A DNA stretch of 64,000 nt, from NCBI GenBank assembly GCA_043228905.1, contig JBHGNT010000003.1, positions 14,756,001 to 14,820,000 on the forward strand, read 5' to 3'. This DNA is from Azolla caroliniana. Taxonomy: Eukaryota; Plantae; Polypodiophyta. The notes under the pieces are model-generated. The model was not told where the DNA came from. It worked only from the letters and a program-made list of their open reading frames with translations, and ran no database searches. A program made the position numbers and the translations under genes. This document shows, piece after piece, positions 1 to 13,200 of the stretch. Every line of letters begins with the position of its first letter. Position 1 is the first letter of the stretch.

Positions 1-1035
1 CCCACATGGCCCTATTAAAGATGTGTGCTAGCAATGGGAGCAAGGTGTCACAAGCATAAATAAAGTGCTCACCCACCAATCCATCATGATCTTGGGCCTT
101 CCCAAATTGTAGCCGATCAATGGCATTTCTTACATTTTGTGGTGTAAAGAAGGTTGATTCATGTGGGCGTGAGGCATTTGGGTGGGGAAGAGGAGGTTGC
201 CCCGGGATATCATATAGAACCTTTGCATATTCCGGCCACACCTGAGGTAAGGTCAGTTGTGAGGTGGGTTGCCTCCCATTAAACATTTTCCATGTTCTTT
301 TACTCTCTTGTCCTAGAAACATGCGATACAAATGATCTTCAAATTCAGCCAAATACAATCTCTTCTTCTTCCTCACGAGGCGTTGGAAGGTTGCTCTCGC
401 TTGGTTGTGTGTATAAATACCCCGAGTTACATCACGTTGCAAGCATCTCCTTGTATCACGGTATTCCTCATTATACCAACTATTTTGTATTACTCTACCG
501 AGTTTGGGGGGATTGGCCGTTGTGTGAGGGAAGGCATTTGTGGCTGCTTTATGCAATGATTTGGATAAACCTTAGGTAAGTTCTTCAAGGGGTGCGAAAG
601 GATCCAAATCTAGCATGCCATTGTATACACCGCAACTACACACATCAATTGTCTCGCGAGTGAATAGATACTTAGCCAGACCACTCTCCTTAGCATATAC
701 ATCCTTTGTGCATCCATCCTTTACCTCAAAGCATAGATATGCATGATCAGCTACCAAGCCAATAGGTCTTCCCGATATAGTGAACACTTTTATTTCAGGT
801 ATAAGAGATGGAGATCCCATTAGATAATCGATTGTGCTTGCACTCATATCTTGAGCTTGTCGCTTTAGATCAACCTCTTCCGCCATAACTTCTCCATAAA
901 CATCCTCGTTGGTGTTAAACATAGTTGTTTGTTTGTGCATTGAAATCTCCTAATAGTATTATGTCCCCCATAGTGGCAAATCTTATGATATCATCATGTA
1001 GTGGTAGATATGGTAATTCACCTAGAGGTGCAAAA
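1..1035 (-). mobile_element. Degenerate fragment of RTE-X-like LINE ORF2 (end of endonuclease through linker), running off the left edge
   Basis: Reverse complement of ~13311-14474 of the intact LINE in this window; ORF 572..940 ([28 protein letters not shown]) is near-identical to ORF2 with an internal deletion. Confidence 0.9.
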
Positions 1036-2433
1036 TGTAGAGAAAACCCTAGCCGCTAAAGTCCCTATCTCATTATGACAGATTTGGGACCAATTCTTAT
1101 TGATAAGTAACTTTTAGGTTATTTGGGCATGTTCACACTTGGCCAATGACCAAGAGTTATAAAGATAATGTAAATGCCTACAACCCCCCAAAATGGGGCC
1201 CAAAACATAGTAAATATGTGTCTAGGAACCTCTCGAAGGGAGCTTTCACATGGAAGGGTCAAAATATACAAAAAGGAGAGTAATTGGGCCTTTATCCCCA
1301 ACAAATATAGTGGAAGTGCTAATCATGATATTTGATCTTTACGATAGGAAATTAAGTACCCTATTAAAAATGTTAGCACTACAAACTGAAGTTATCCTAT
1401 TCATTAGAAAGAGCGCATTAGTAGCACGTGGGAAATTATATATGGAGGACATTTCTTTTAAAGAAAGGAATTAAGAAATCTCAAAGAAAAACAAAAACAA
1501 AAAAACAACCGCTTTACATAAAGCATTTTAACTAAATAGGAGTGTCGCCTCTTTGGATTCTTCAACCACCTCATCAATTCATCAATTTAATTTGAGTTTT
1601 TACATAGGGAGTTTTTATTTCAAAGTACCAATCCCCCTTCTTGTGTAGTCTGAAAACGAAATGCTGATTTAGTTCCATAGGTCAAAATTGGCCTCCTCAT
1701 GGACAATAAAACATCTATTCTATTCTATTAGCTATTCATTCTAGGACCTTGCTGATCAAAATTCATCGATCACTCAAGAGACTTATCTATTTGGATGGTG
1801 GGCTCTTTTCATGCTCATAAGAATTATTCTATTTTCCTAGAACTCTTTGAACAGAAAAGTTGTTATGAACAGGATTTACAATTGTAGCTAAAGATTCAAA
1901 TCTCCTTATTTCATTTAAACTTGCCAACATTCGTAGAAAGCATCATCAAAACACATCCTGAAGAAAGATGAAGAAAATGTGAGGTATTGAGAAGTTGCTG
2001 AATATTGAGGTATGCTTAGTTACGCATCCTAGTTGGAGTTAACTTCGAAAGCATTCAACATTGAGTAAACTTAAGATCAAAATGAACCTTTAAGATGAGT
2101 GGTACCGTGACACACATTAGAAGGTATTGGTACTACTTGAGGCATTTTTGAGAGCAATTGACTTGATTGAAACTTCTCATTTAGTAAAAATTGAAGCATC
2201 CAAAAAACCTAATTGCAAAGATGCAAGTCATGATTGAAACTCCTCATGTAAATTGATACATCCAAAAAACCTGATTGTAGAGATACAAGTCATGATTGAA
2301 ATATGAACTTGAATATAAATGGCATGTTTACTTGGGTAAATTTGGAGGGACACATCACCTATGGATCGCTTAAAAGTAAATGAGCTCTATTGGTGTATGT
2401 TGTTGATTTAATTGTTCAACATAGCATAGGAAT

Positions 2434-3772
2434 ATGCATGCCTTATTTTTATTGGTAGGTTGAATCCTCAAATTTGAAATGATGTTATTTGAATATTAGG
2501 GCGCTTAAACAATAGATTATTTTAGTTGTTCGTTGCAAAATGCATCATATGCTTTTTTTTAAAACCCTTCATTCTACATTTGAGGGAATGTTGCAAAATC
2601 TCCACGTCAAAGGTGAAAGTAACAAGTGTGTAGGAACATGTGTTACTGAAGATCTTTGACAAGCAAAAATCTACAACATTTTAGGATTATGAGAGTAGAA
2701 GTGGCAATAGTTGATGGGGTTAGCCAGTTGGATGTTGGTTCGAGAAGGACTTCATTGTAGCAATAAATGGATCCCGTGGACATGGATGTTTTGTAGGGTT
2801 TTGGGATGGAAGTGACTGAGTTTGAAAGCCTGGATTGATGCATATACTTAGATTACATCAAAGAAAGCTCCTAAGATATTGCACGTACGTAGGCCCAGCC
2901 CCATGTAACACGACCTCAACACCCATGTCATCCACAGGTAAAGGCCGCTATCTCCCACCATTGCAAGTGCTTCCCTCACTTTAAAGACCTCTCTCCATTC
3001 TGGATTGACCTAAGCTAGAGATCTTTCGAAGACAAAAGTTATAATATACCTAACTTCAAAATCTCACATGTGCCGAAAACCAGATTCTTTCATCTCTTTT
3101 TATCTTCTTTAGTTTTACTTTTACTGAGTAATATTTATTTTATTTTGATTTGTTGTTCTCAAAGACAACTAAGATGTAATCTCTTGTTTGGTCTTATAGG
3201 TCATTTTTGCCTCTTAAAAGACATTAATATATCTATATTTCTTTATTTGATACATTAATCTGTCAAGAGTTCTTGTAATATTTCTATAAGATATCATTCT
3301 TGATTGAGGAGGCAGACACAATATTCTTCCCGAGCATCATCACAATATCCATGTCTGACCAAAGTTTTAAATGCCCATCTGCGATCGAGACGCATGCAGC
3401 TTTTTTTAACTGATGAATGCCATTCAGTGAGTCTTGGAGTAACATTTTGCTGAGCTTTGCTTATTCGATTGAGAGGAGAAAGAAAGATGCATGCCTTATT
3501 TTTATTGGTAGGTTGATTCCTCAATTTTCAAATGATATTTGAATATTAGGGCGCTTAAACAATGGATTATTTTAGTTGTTCATTGCAAAATCATAAATGC
3601 ATCATATGTTTTTTAAAGCCCTTCATCCTACAATTGAGGGAATGTTGAAAAGTCCCCGTGTCAAAGGTGAAAGTAACAAGTGTGTAGGAACATGTGTTAC
3701 TCAAGATCTTTGACAAGCAAAAATCTACGACATTTTAGAATTATGTGAATAGAAGTGGGAATAGTTGATGGG
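2434..3772 (+). repeat. ~285-bp imperfect direct repeat (2434-2718 and 3488-3772)
   Basis: atgcatgccttatttttattggtaggttga...gaatattagggcgcttaaac...agaagtgg(c/g)aatagttgatggg occurs twice. Confidence 0.85.
2880..3250 (+). mobile_element. 5'-truncated 3' end of the RTE-X-like LINE
   Basis: Matches 16465-16825 (cgtaggccc...ccatg...gtgcttccctc...gtgcc.aaaaccagattc...gatgtaatctctt...cctcttaaaagac.ttaatatatct). Confidence 0.85.
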
Positions 3773-4272
3773 TTCCATTCCAGACAGGGCACTTACAACA
3801 GAGAATCATTTCACGTGTTATTTTCAAAATGCCATCAAAGATGCAATGCTCCCGAGAAAGCTTCAAACTCTGAGATTATTAGGGTATAAGATAAGTGATA
3901 TATGCTTAGAAATAAAGCCAAGTAGAAATTTCCGGGTCATGAAAGGATGTAAGATGAGAAATTTTCATGATAATTTGACCATAGAGTATTCAGCACTATT
4001 CTTCAAGGTTGGTTACGTATAACCAGAAGAGACAGCTTACTTAATGTTGCTTATGGTGTTTTGGTGTTTTGTTTCCATGCCAAATATCACAGTAAATTGG
4101 TTTATGTCAAAGAAGGTAAATGGGGATAGATTTTCTTGTGGAGTTAAATACATGTTGCTTAAACCTGTGCGCACATGATGGTACATACACAGGGTAGCAA
4201 GTCTTAAGTACTATATACGATATAAACTTCATGACTTGGAAAAACATCATAGATATAATCTATATGACTCAC

Positions 4273-7200
4273 CTTTGAAAGCATTGTTAGTAGGACTGGA
4301 CCAGCAAGCTTTATCATAAACAATAATTCCTTGAACGAAGGTACACGAAAGGCTACGGGATTGTAACCTTTCTCCTGAAGTGACCTCAGCATCAGGAATC
4401 CAGCAACATACTTACATCATATCCACAAAAAGCAGTTAGGTTGAAAGATTCCAGATAAGCAAAATATCATTTCATTTCAGTCCATTTAATGATACCTGAG
4501 ACAACATTGTAGCCCAAGCTGCACCAGCAATTCCAAAATTCAAGTAAGTGCAAAACAACATATCCCCGAAAGCATTCACCAAACTTGCAATACCCAGAAT
4601 TTTCAACGGGCTCCATGAGTCCTGCATGCCAAGACTACAACATGATACTCTTAAAGTTCAGTCATCTTTAAAGTTCTAAAACAATGAGAAATGATAAACA
4701 CTCAACTATTTATGATGATACATGCAAGATTGCATAATGTATTAAAATAGATATTGAAAAATTCACTGTATTCACATGTCGATTCATGGATGATACAAGA
4801 AAATTTGGAAAATACATGTCAAACTTAGATTCCTAAACACACTAATGATCTCACTGACAGAAAATATTACCTCGCACTCTGTGCTACCAAGCCAACCAGT
4901 ACAATAGGCCATGCCAATCCCCTAATCTGTTTACAACATCTCAATACACAGAAAAAAAATTCACATTTTTAACTTTAATTTTTTTTTAAAATAGATATAT
5001 AGTATTTTCAATAATCACTTACCAATCCTGTTATCTATAAAGCATGACCAATCACTTTTATGAACAAACTATGCACATGTGGATGTGCATACTTTTACAG
5101 GCAGGTAAATTCTTCCAGAATTTTGAATGCTTAGCCTTTATACTGGACTATAAGGAATGCTTAAATTGTGACTTCTATGGTCTCACCAAATGTGACATCT
5201 CACTAAAACTTTAATATATGGTACTTCTAATAACCTTCTGTACAAATTCTTGTATCAATACAACATGATCACGGACTTTCATGAAATATACATGTGTTAG
5301 CATGTACATGCTCTACGGAGATAAAATCTTCCAGAATTTTGATTTTCAGACTTTATATTGGACTATAAGGAATGCTTGAACAGTGGCAATATTCCATCAG
5401 CATCATTGATACACCATTCTGACTTTTTTACTCCTGCAAGAAATCTCATATATTGCTGCTATATTAGGTATTAGGAACATGCACATTCTTTTACACTACA
5501 CTATACGTTACTATGCGAATTTCGATAAGGGGATAAAAATCCAACATGAACGTACAAATAGTTCTATAAAAACACATCTTAAGACAACATTCTAACAGAA
5601 AAGCAAAAGCTTTCTTTTGAAATTGAAGGATGATAAAGGATTAATAATCAAGTCTTCATGTAAATTACCACGAAACTGCCACTTGATATATTCTTCAAAA
5701 CATTTTGTCTTCAGAAGAATCAACGAACAACTTCTGCTAAATATAATCCATCCAAACTTTCATGCCCATTTGGGCAGTTAAGAGATCGGGGATAAGGCAT
5801 CAACAATGATTGGTTTAGTACTCTGGGATTTAACTAAAACAGATCTCGTGACAAAGTAAAGAGGCACAATTTTTATCTGAAGTAAATAAACAGTCATGTT
5901 ACAGTATGCAGCATACATAGAACCCATTAGCACCAGTGTGCCTATCTCTATTCTATGCACCCAGTCTTCTGAGTTTGCGCAGATCTGGGAACATATAAAG
6001 TAACAAATGATCTTACATAGGAAATTCTAGGTTTTGGAAGGAGTAATCTCTTGTGTCTATACACACACAAGGTCTTATAAGAATTTTTCATCTCAATTGT
6101 AGCTCCTATACTGATTTTCCACCTCCAATTTAGCTTCTATATCAGGTTATCTCACTTCTAGTTCACTTTGGTTGTTTGATCCTTACAATTGAAGAGTTGG
6201 GTTGAATAATTTCTCTTGAATTTTACATAATCTAGGATTATGAAATTTCAACTGAAGTTCAAGAAACATGATAGCTTAATACGAAAATCAGCATTTATTA
6301 AACCACCATAATATTCGGTTGATTTGGCATAACCTTGCATTTCATACCTTCACATATGAACATGCAGCAGGAAGCAGTTTAACATTTTCTGGTCCAATAA
6401 AAGCTATACAAAAGAAAAGAACACAAAATAAGAAACTAACGTTTTTGCAGATCTAACAAACATGACAAGCATATACTTATTATTACCTTCCAATAACCTT
6501 TGGGAAAATACACTTGTAATCATTAGCATACATATCCCACATGCTAAAGCAACAGACAAAAGTGCAGATAGATGGCGCGCTGCTTCTTGTTTGTCCTACA
6601 AAAGATAAACATAACAGTCTTTAAAAATTTATCCTATTTCTTCGAAATAAACAATTCCTTCGTAACCATGGGTTACGAGGAATAATCCTCACATATATAC
6701 CCTGGATATGTCCATGAAATATTATCAGTAACTCTGCCTGTGTAATGTAAGGAAAGAGGTCCCTCCATTCTAAGGTGACTATAAAATGTCATATTAGATT
6801 CATCAGTCTAAAGTAAATAGCATATATGATGGGGCTGATCAATGTTATTTTGTTTTCTGAGTTGGTAATATAACTTTACATCACTCTTTTCTTTTCCACT
6901 TTGGTCATGATTAGATGGGGATATTGGAAAGAGGATAGTCCATTATGTTTATGCCATGTGCCTCGAACCATCATTGCATTTTAGCATATTACCAATGAAT
7001 ATATCCATTTTCAGCAAGCTCTATAGTGCCAACCTTCAGTACCTTCGTTTATGGAGTTCCCAAAGCATTTGGATAATGGTCACTGATCAAAATAATGCCT
7101 CAATGACTATTGGGGCTCCTACCATATCTTGCCCGGATTATATAAAGGGGTCCTAACACTATTCTCCTTGTGATGGGGGAAATCATTGAATTTTAAGGTT

Positions 7201-10200
7201 CTCTAAATCTTTCCAAATATTTGCTTTATTAAGACTTGGTCTCCAAGTTTCTTTATGGTAAAGAAGAGTTGGGGTAACCCCTGTACCAATGTGTATCAAA
7301 TAGCCACAATTCAGTTTGTGGCTCTTGGAACTACAAATGTGAACATTGTCTTTCAAGAGTACCTAGGGCTGCAAATCCACCAGAAAGTTGAGCACAGGTG
7401 TTAAATACCATCACCTTAGTTTTATCAATGTTTACCAACATACCTTTGTCTGTAAAAAATAGTAAACTTACCAGCAAACTTACCGCACAAAACCTTTTTA
7501 ATATGTTTGGCTGTTTTTGTAGTCCTTCCAAACAGTCGAAGATCAACACAATATCAACAGATTATGTTAATATTTATATTTCTATACCTCCTAGGCATGC
7601 TCCCAAACTGTTGAATTTCTCTATCATATGATACTCTTCACATATCTAAAGAGACCGGAGAGAGTGGGTGATAGTGGGCATCCTAGTTTTACTCCAATTG
7701 TGCCAGCCACAACCTCCGACAACCCTATGGAAAAACGCAGTATTCTTGATACAGATTCATACATTGCATAGATTCTCCATTCTATATCTACAGGCACAAA
7801 AAGGGCTTCTAGCTTTGCATGAGCTGAGCTTGCAGTTCAATGTCAAAGGCTTTCCAGAAATCCACAAAGTAGTAATAAATCCTCTTATAATGGGTTTCAC
7901 AGCCATTTCTCTCTGCCCATATACTGAATTTTAACTCCAGGATCAAGCCACATAGTTTAACCAGATAAAGGTTAATCATGATTGGCCTATGATTCCTCAG
8001 CATCTTGAAGATGGGCACAAGGGTATGTTCTGTCAACCTTGTTAGTAGGAAAACCTTCTAATAAAGCTCAATTGAAGTTGTGTGCTAGTAATGGGAGCAT
8101 GTTAGCCGGTCGGCTACCCAGTGTCGCAAGGTCAGAGTCGGACAAGTGTGGACAAGAGTCGGAGTCAGAGTGAGCAATGTTCGGAGTCGACAATGTGAAC
8201 AGGTGTCGGAAATTAAAATAGAATTAATATAATTTCACCAAGTAAAAATATATAGTAAGTTAGTTAGAACAGTTTTGTTGTAGTTCTTGCTGATTCAAGA
8301 CAACCAGGTATCGGTGTTCGGGATGACTTTCCGGATGCGCAACTGTTTCGGGTGGAAGCTAAGAATAGGACAGAAGTTGATGACGAAATCGCTGACTTAT
8401 GGATCACCGAAATGATGGTATTCCTTAGTACCGGATAACCACCTGACAGCATGTCACCTTATGAACGGAAACGACTTTTACTACAATAACTTCTCCATAT
8501 ATAGCCTCATTTGTGTCACACAGTTTTTTGTTCATCCTTAGTTCATACATTCTCCTAATACTCGAATCTTATGATATCGTTCTCCGAATAGTTCATACAT
8601 TCTCCTAGTAGTCCATGAATTCTCTTACATTCTCCATTTAGTTCATGCATTCTCCTAAAGTAATTGTGCATATGGTGATTCTTCATGAAGTGCAAACCTC
8701 AAATTGGAAGGTGGAAAGTAGCAAATTACAATACATAGCTCCATAGGATCCTCTCTTTTGATTCATACCCACATAGAATGTATATCGACATCCTAATGCA
8801 CAACATGCAATCTATCATTGAGCTCCATTTAGTACAATACAGCCACTTCTCCAAAGCGTCTACTGCTTCCTGATATCAATGGTTGGGCACAACACACTGT
8901 TGGAGGGTGGCAGGTCCATACCTGCACTCTCTTTCATCTTTATTATCTCTCCACTACATTCTCTCTTTTCCCAAATCCTTCTCTCTCTAGAATCTGTAAC
9001 TCTTTAAATACCTTCTCTCTCTAGAATCTGCAATGCTTTAAATGCCTTTTCTCTCTTCTACTTTTTTCAAGATATCCCCTTTTATTCCTAGTCTTTTGTA
9101 CCTGTTTGGTAGTACAAGAGTCACTTAACTACCAAACAACCATTTCACCCACATTCCCCAATTTTATATAAATATGCTATACCAGCCTCTTTTGTATAGT
9201 ATTATTTTCTGTTGCTACTTACAAACAAGCACAACTCTTTGGTTGTGTCTCTACCAAACCTGTTCCTCTCTGTTTTCTGCCCAGTAAAGATTCCTAGAAC
9301 CTATATTGTTCCCTCTGCCCTCAGTATCTCATACCCTGTACCTGCTGTCCTAAGACAGCATGGAGTCTGAATGGGCAGAAAATGAAAAGATGGATCTTAA
9401 CACACATGACGAGGGTTCAGATCCATGGAAGACCCCAAGAAGATACCATAGACGAAAAGGACAGGATGGAAGCACCCCGAATAACGTTAGGAGGGCGCAC
9501 AAGGCACCCAGAACACAGGCCCCATTCGACATTCCATTTGATGTCGAAAATGGGAAATATGATCTATTACACCATTTCATTGCGTAAGAGATCAATCTTA
9601 TTAGAGAGGATATAGAAATAGCACTAAAAGAAGAAATGAAAAAGGAGATAGAAAGAAAGAAAGAAAGATATATGAGGCCAAAATGGCCTATAAGATCAAA
9701 TAAGAGATTACATCTTGAGTGTTTTCTCGTCTTTGAGAACAAATCAAAATAAAATAAATATTACACAATAAATATAAAAGTAAATAAGATGAAAAGAGAA
9801 GAAACGAGGGAATCTGGTTTTTGGCACATGTGAGATTCTCAAGTTAGGTATATTGTAGTTTTTGTCTTCGAAAGATCTCTAGCATAGGTCGATCCAGAAT
9901 GGAAATGTCTCCAAAGCGAGGGAAGCACCTACGATAGAGAAACAGAAAACAAAGTTTTATGCCTCTCTCAAGACTGAGTTATTAGAAAAGATGCGGAAAG
10001 ACATAATAAGTCATGTGAAGAAATCATACTTAGATCTCAAGGACGACATGACACAATACCTTAAGGATGAAATATCCTCAAGTAAGGTTGAGTTAGGAGC
10101 TATAAAAGTGGTTTCGAAAAAGGACAAGAAGCAATGGAAAGATGCATCTCTATAGTGAAAGCCAATGTCACTAAGGAAATGCAAACATGGGCAAACATGG

Positions 10201-13200
10201 CCAAAGATGCCAAAGCTCAAGCTGAGCATGCCCAAAACAAAATTAAAGCAAATGCTCCTTGGATAGAGGTAGTGAAAAAGCAAAAAGGAACATCCATGGA
10301 TAGGATGGCAATGATAATGCTACATTAGAAGAAGAAGCCAAGAGGAAAGCTTGTGTGTTGCATGTACGAGTGGTTGGTTGGGCCAAAAAAGGAAGTCCAC
10401 AAGAAGATGCCAAGAATCTCGCAACAAAGATTGGAGCATCAGATATACCATTTGCTTCGGCGTGGAGGGTTGGAAGAGATGAGTCTAGAGCGAAAGCCCT
10501 TATCATCCGCTTCATGGATATTGACAAGAAAAAAGCTTTCCTCTCTAAAAGAAAGGCACTCAAGGGTGAAAAAATATACTTAGATGACGATCTCACTCCA
10601 GCCCAAGTGACACACCGCAAAGAAACATGCCACGATTGCTTAATGCAAGAAAGGAAGGAAAATGGACCATTTATAGAGATGGCAAGGTCATTATTACAAA
10701 GAAGAGGACTGCATGACGATATATGGCCTATGAAACCCTACTCATTACCATATGGAATTGCAACGGCTCTCTACGGATAGATGTCGAATATTTTGAAGAT
10801 ACATTGAAAAACACAGATATTGCTATGTATACAGAGACTCACCAATGCATGGCTAACAAACTCCCCGAGGTACAAGGATATAGATGGGAGTCAATATGTC
10901 GCCCCCAACCTCAGACACGACGAAGCACTAGAGGTTCGAGAGGAGTGGCTGTGCTATACAAAAAGGAGCTCCATGATCGAGTGCATGTTGTCCATAAGGA
11001 TGTAGATGCATGCTACATGTGGATACGAATAAAAAGAGGGGATCTTAGGGAGTTATATATTGCAATTTGCTACTTTCCACCTACCTACTCAAGGTTTGCA
11101 CCTCTAGGTGAATCACCATATCTACCACTATATGATGATATCATAAGATTTGCTACCATGGGGGACATAATACTATTAGGAGATTTTAATGCACAAACCA
11201 AGGATGAACAACCAACTATGTTTAACACCAACGAGGTTGTTTATGGAGAAGTTATGGCAGAAGAGGTTGGTCTCAAGCGACAAGCTCAACATATGAGTGC
11301 TATAACTGAATATGGAAAACACTTTCTAGCCAAGGAAAGTGCGCATGAATTTGTGATATATAATGGCTTGTCACAATGGCTTGGATCTGATGCTTTGACA
11401 TGTTGGAACCCAAAAGGGGGTGCAAGCACAACTCCACTTGTTTCCCCTCCCTCTACAAACCAGCTTCCACCACTTCCCAAGTGGCTTCAAGCCACCATTC
11501 GTGATTCTCATCTCTCCGATGCTGAACTTCATGAGTATACATCTGGTTCTCGAACACGTAAGCCACAACGGCCTCTTCACTCATGCAACTTTGCCTTATT
11601 GTGCATTGTTGTGCAATCACAAGAACCCACAACAGCAAAAAAAGGCCCTTGTTCTTCCAAAGTGAAAAGCAGCAATGGAAGTTGAACTTGATTCCATTGA
11701 GCGGAATCATACATGGGAGCTGGTCCCACGGCCTCCACATCGACAAGTCATTGGACTGAAATGCTTGATCCTGTGCGCTCTCTTCCAAATCTGATTTCCT
11801 GTATCTTCTGCCAACTCTGTTCCTGTATTCTTTCTGCCCCGTAGTAACTTCTATTCTTTCTGCCCTCAACACACCATGGAGTCCGAAGGGACAGACACTG
11901 AAAAGATGGATCTTAACACGCATGACGAGGGTCCAGATCTATTGAAGACCACAAGAAGATACCATAGACGAAAAGGACGGGACCTGAATAGCGTCAGAAG
12001 GGTGCATAAGGAACCTAGAACGCAGGCCCCATCCGACATTCCATCCGATGTCGAAAATGGGAAACATGATCTTTTACGCCATTTGATTGCGCAAGAGATC
12101 AACCGTATTAGAGAAGATATCGAAATAGCACTAAAGGAAGAAATTAAAAAGGAGATAGAGAAACAGAAATCAGAATTGTACGCTTCTATCAAGGCTGAGT
12201 TATTAGAAGAGATGCGGAAAGACATTATAAGTCATGTGAAGAAATCACACTTAGAGCTCAAGGATGACATGACACAATACCTTAAGGATGAAATATCCTC
12301 AAGTAAGGTTGAGTTAGGAGCTATAAAAGTGGATTTCGAAAAAGGACAAGAAGCAGTGGAAAGATGCATCTCTATAGTGAGCCAATGGGAAATGCAAACA
12401 TGGGCAGACATTGCCAAAGATGCCAAAGCTCAAGCCGAGCACGCCCAAAACGAAATTAAAGCAAATGCTCCTTGGATAGAGGTAGTAAAAAAGCAAAAAG
12501 GAACATCCATGGATAGGATGGCAATGATGAATGCTACTTTAGAAGAAGAAGCCAAGAGGAAAGCTCGTGCATTGCATGTACGAGTGGTTGGTTGGGCCGA
12601 AAAGGGAAGTCCACAAGAAGATGCCAAGAATCTCGCAACAAAGATTGGAGCATCGGATATTCCATTTGCTTCGGCGTGGAGAGCGGGAAGAGATGAGTCT
12701 AGAGCTAAAGCCCTCATCATCCGCTTCATGGATATTGACAAGAAAAAAGCTTTCCTCTCTAAACGAAAGGCACTCAAGGGTGAAAAGATATACTTAGATG
12801 ACGATCTCACTCCAGCCCAAGTGGCACAGCGCAAAGAAAACATGCCACGAGTGCTTGATGCAAGAAAGGAAGGTAAATGGGCCGTATATAGAGACGGCAA
12901 GGTCATTATTACAGAGAAGAGAACCGCATGACGATATATGGCCTATGAGACCCTACGCATGACCATATGGAATTGCAACGGCTCTCTACGGACAGATGTC
13001 GGATATTTTGAAGATACATTGAAAAACACAGATATTGCTATGTATACAGAGACTCACCAATGTATGGCTAGCAAACTCCCCGAGGTCCAAGGATACAGAT
13101 GGGAGTCAATATGTCGCCCCCAACCTCGAACACAAGGAAGCACTAGAGGTTCGGGAGGAGTGGCTATGCTATACAAAGAGGAGCTCCATGGTAGAGTGCA

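Noticed and set aside
1040-2400. Possible decayed coding or TE sequence and a ~66-bp two-copy tandem repeat (~2165-2300)
   Set aside because: No motif I could assign; all frames heavily interrupted
3294-3524. 76-aa minus ORF as a downstream MATE exon
   Set aside because: No resemblance to MATE transmembrane segments; overlaps the direct repeat
8100-8220. GTCGAC/GTCGG-rich patch as an inverted terminal partner of 16940-17070
   Set aside because: Only short word matches, no alignable TIR or TSD; more likely separate LTR-element scraps
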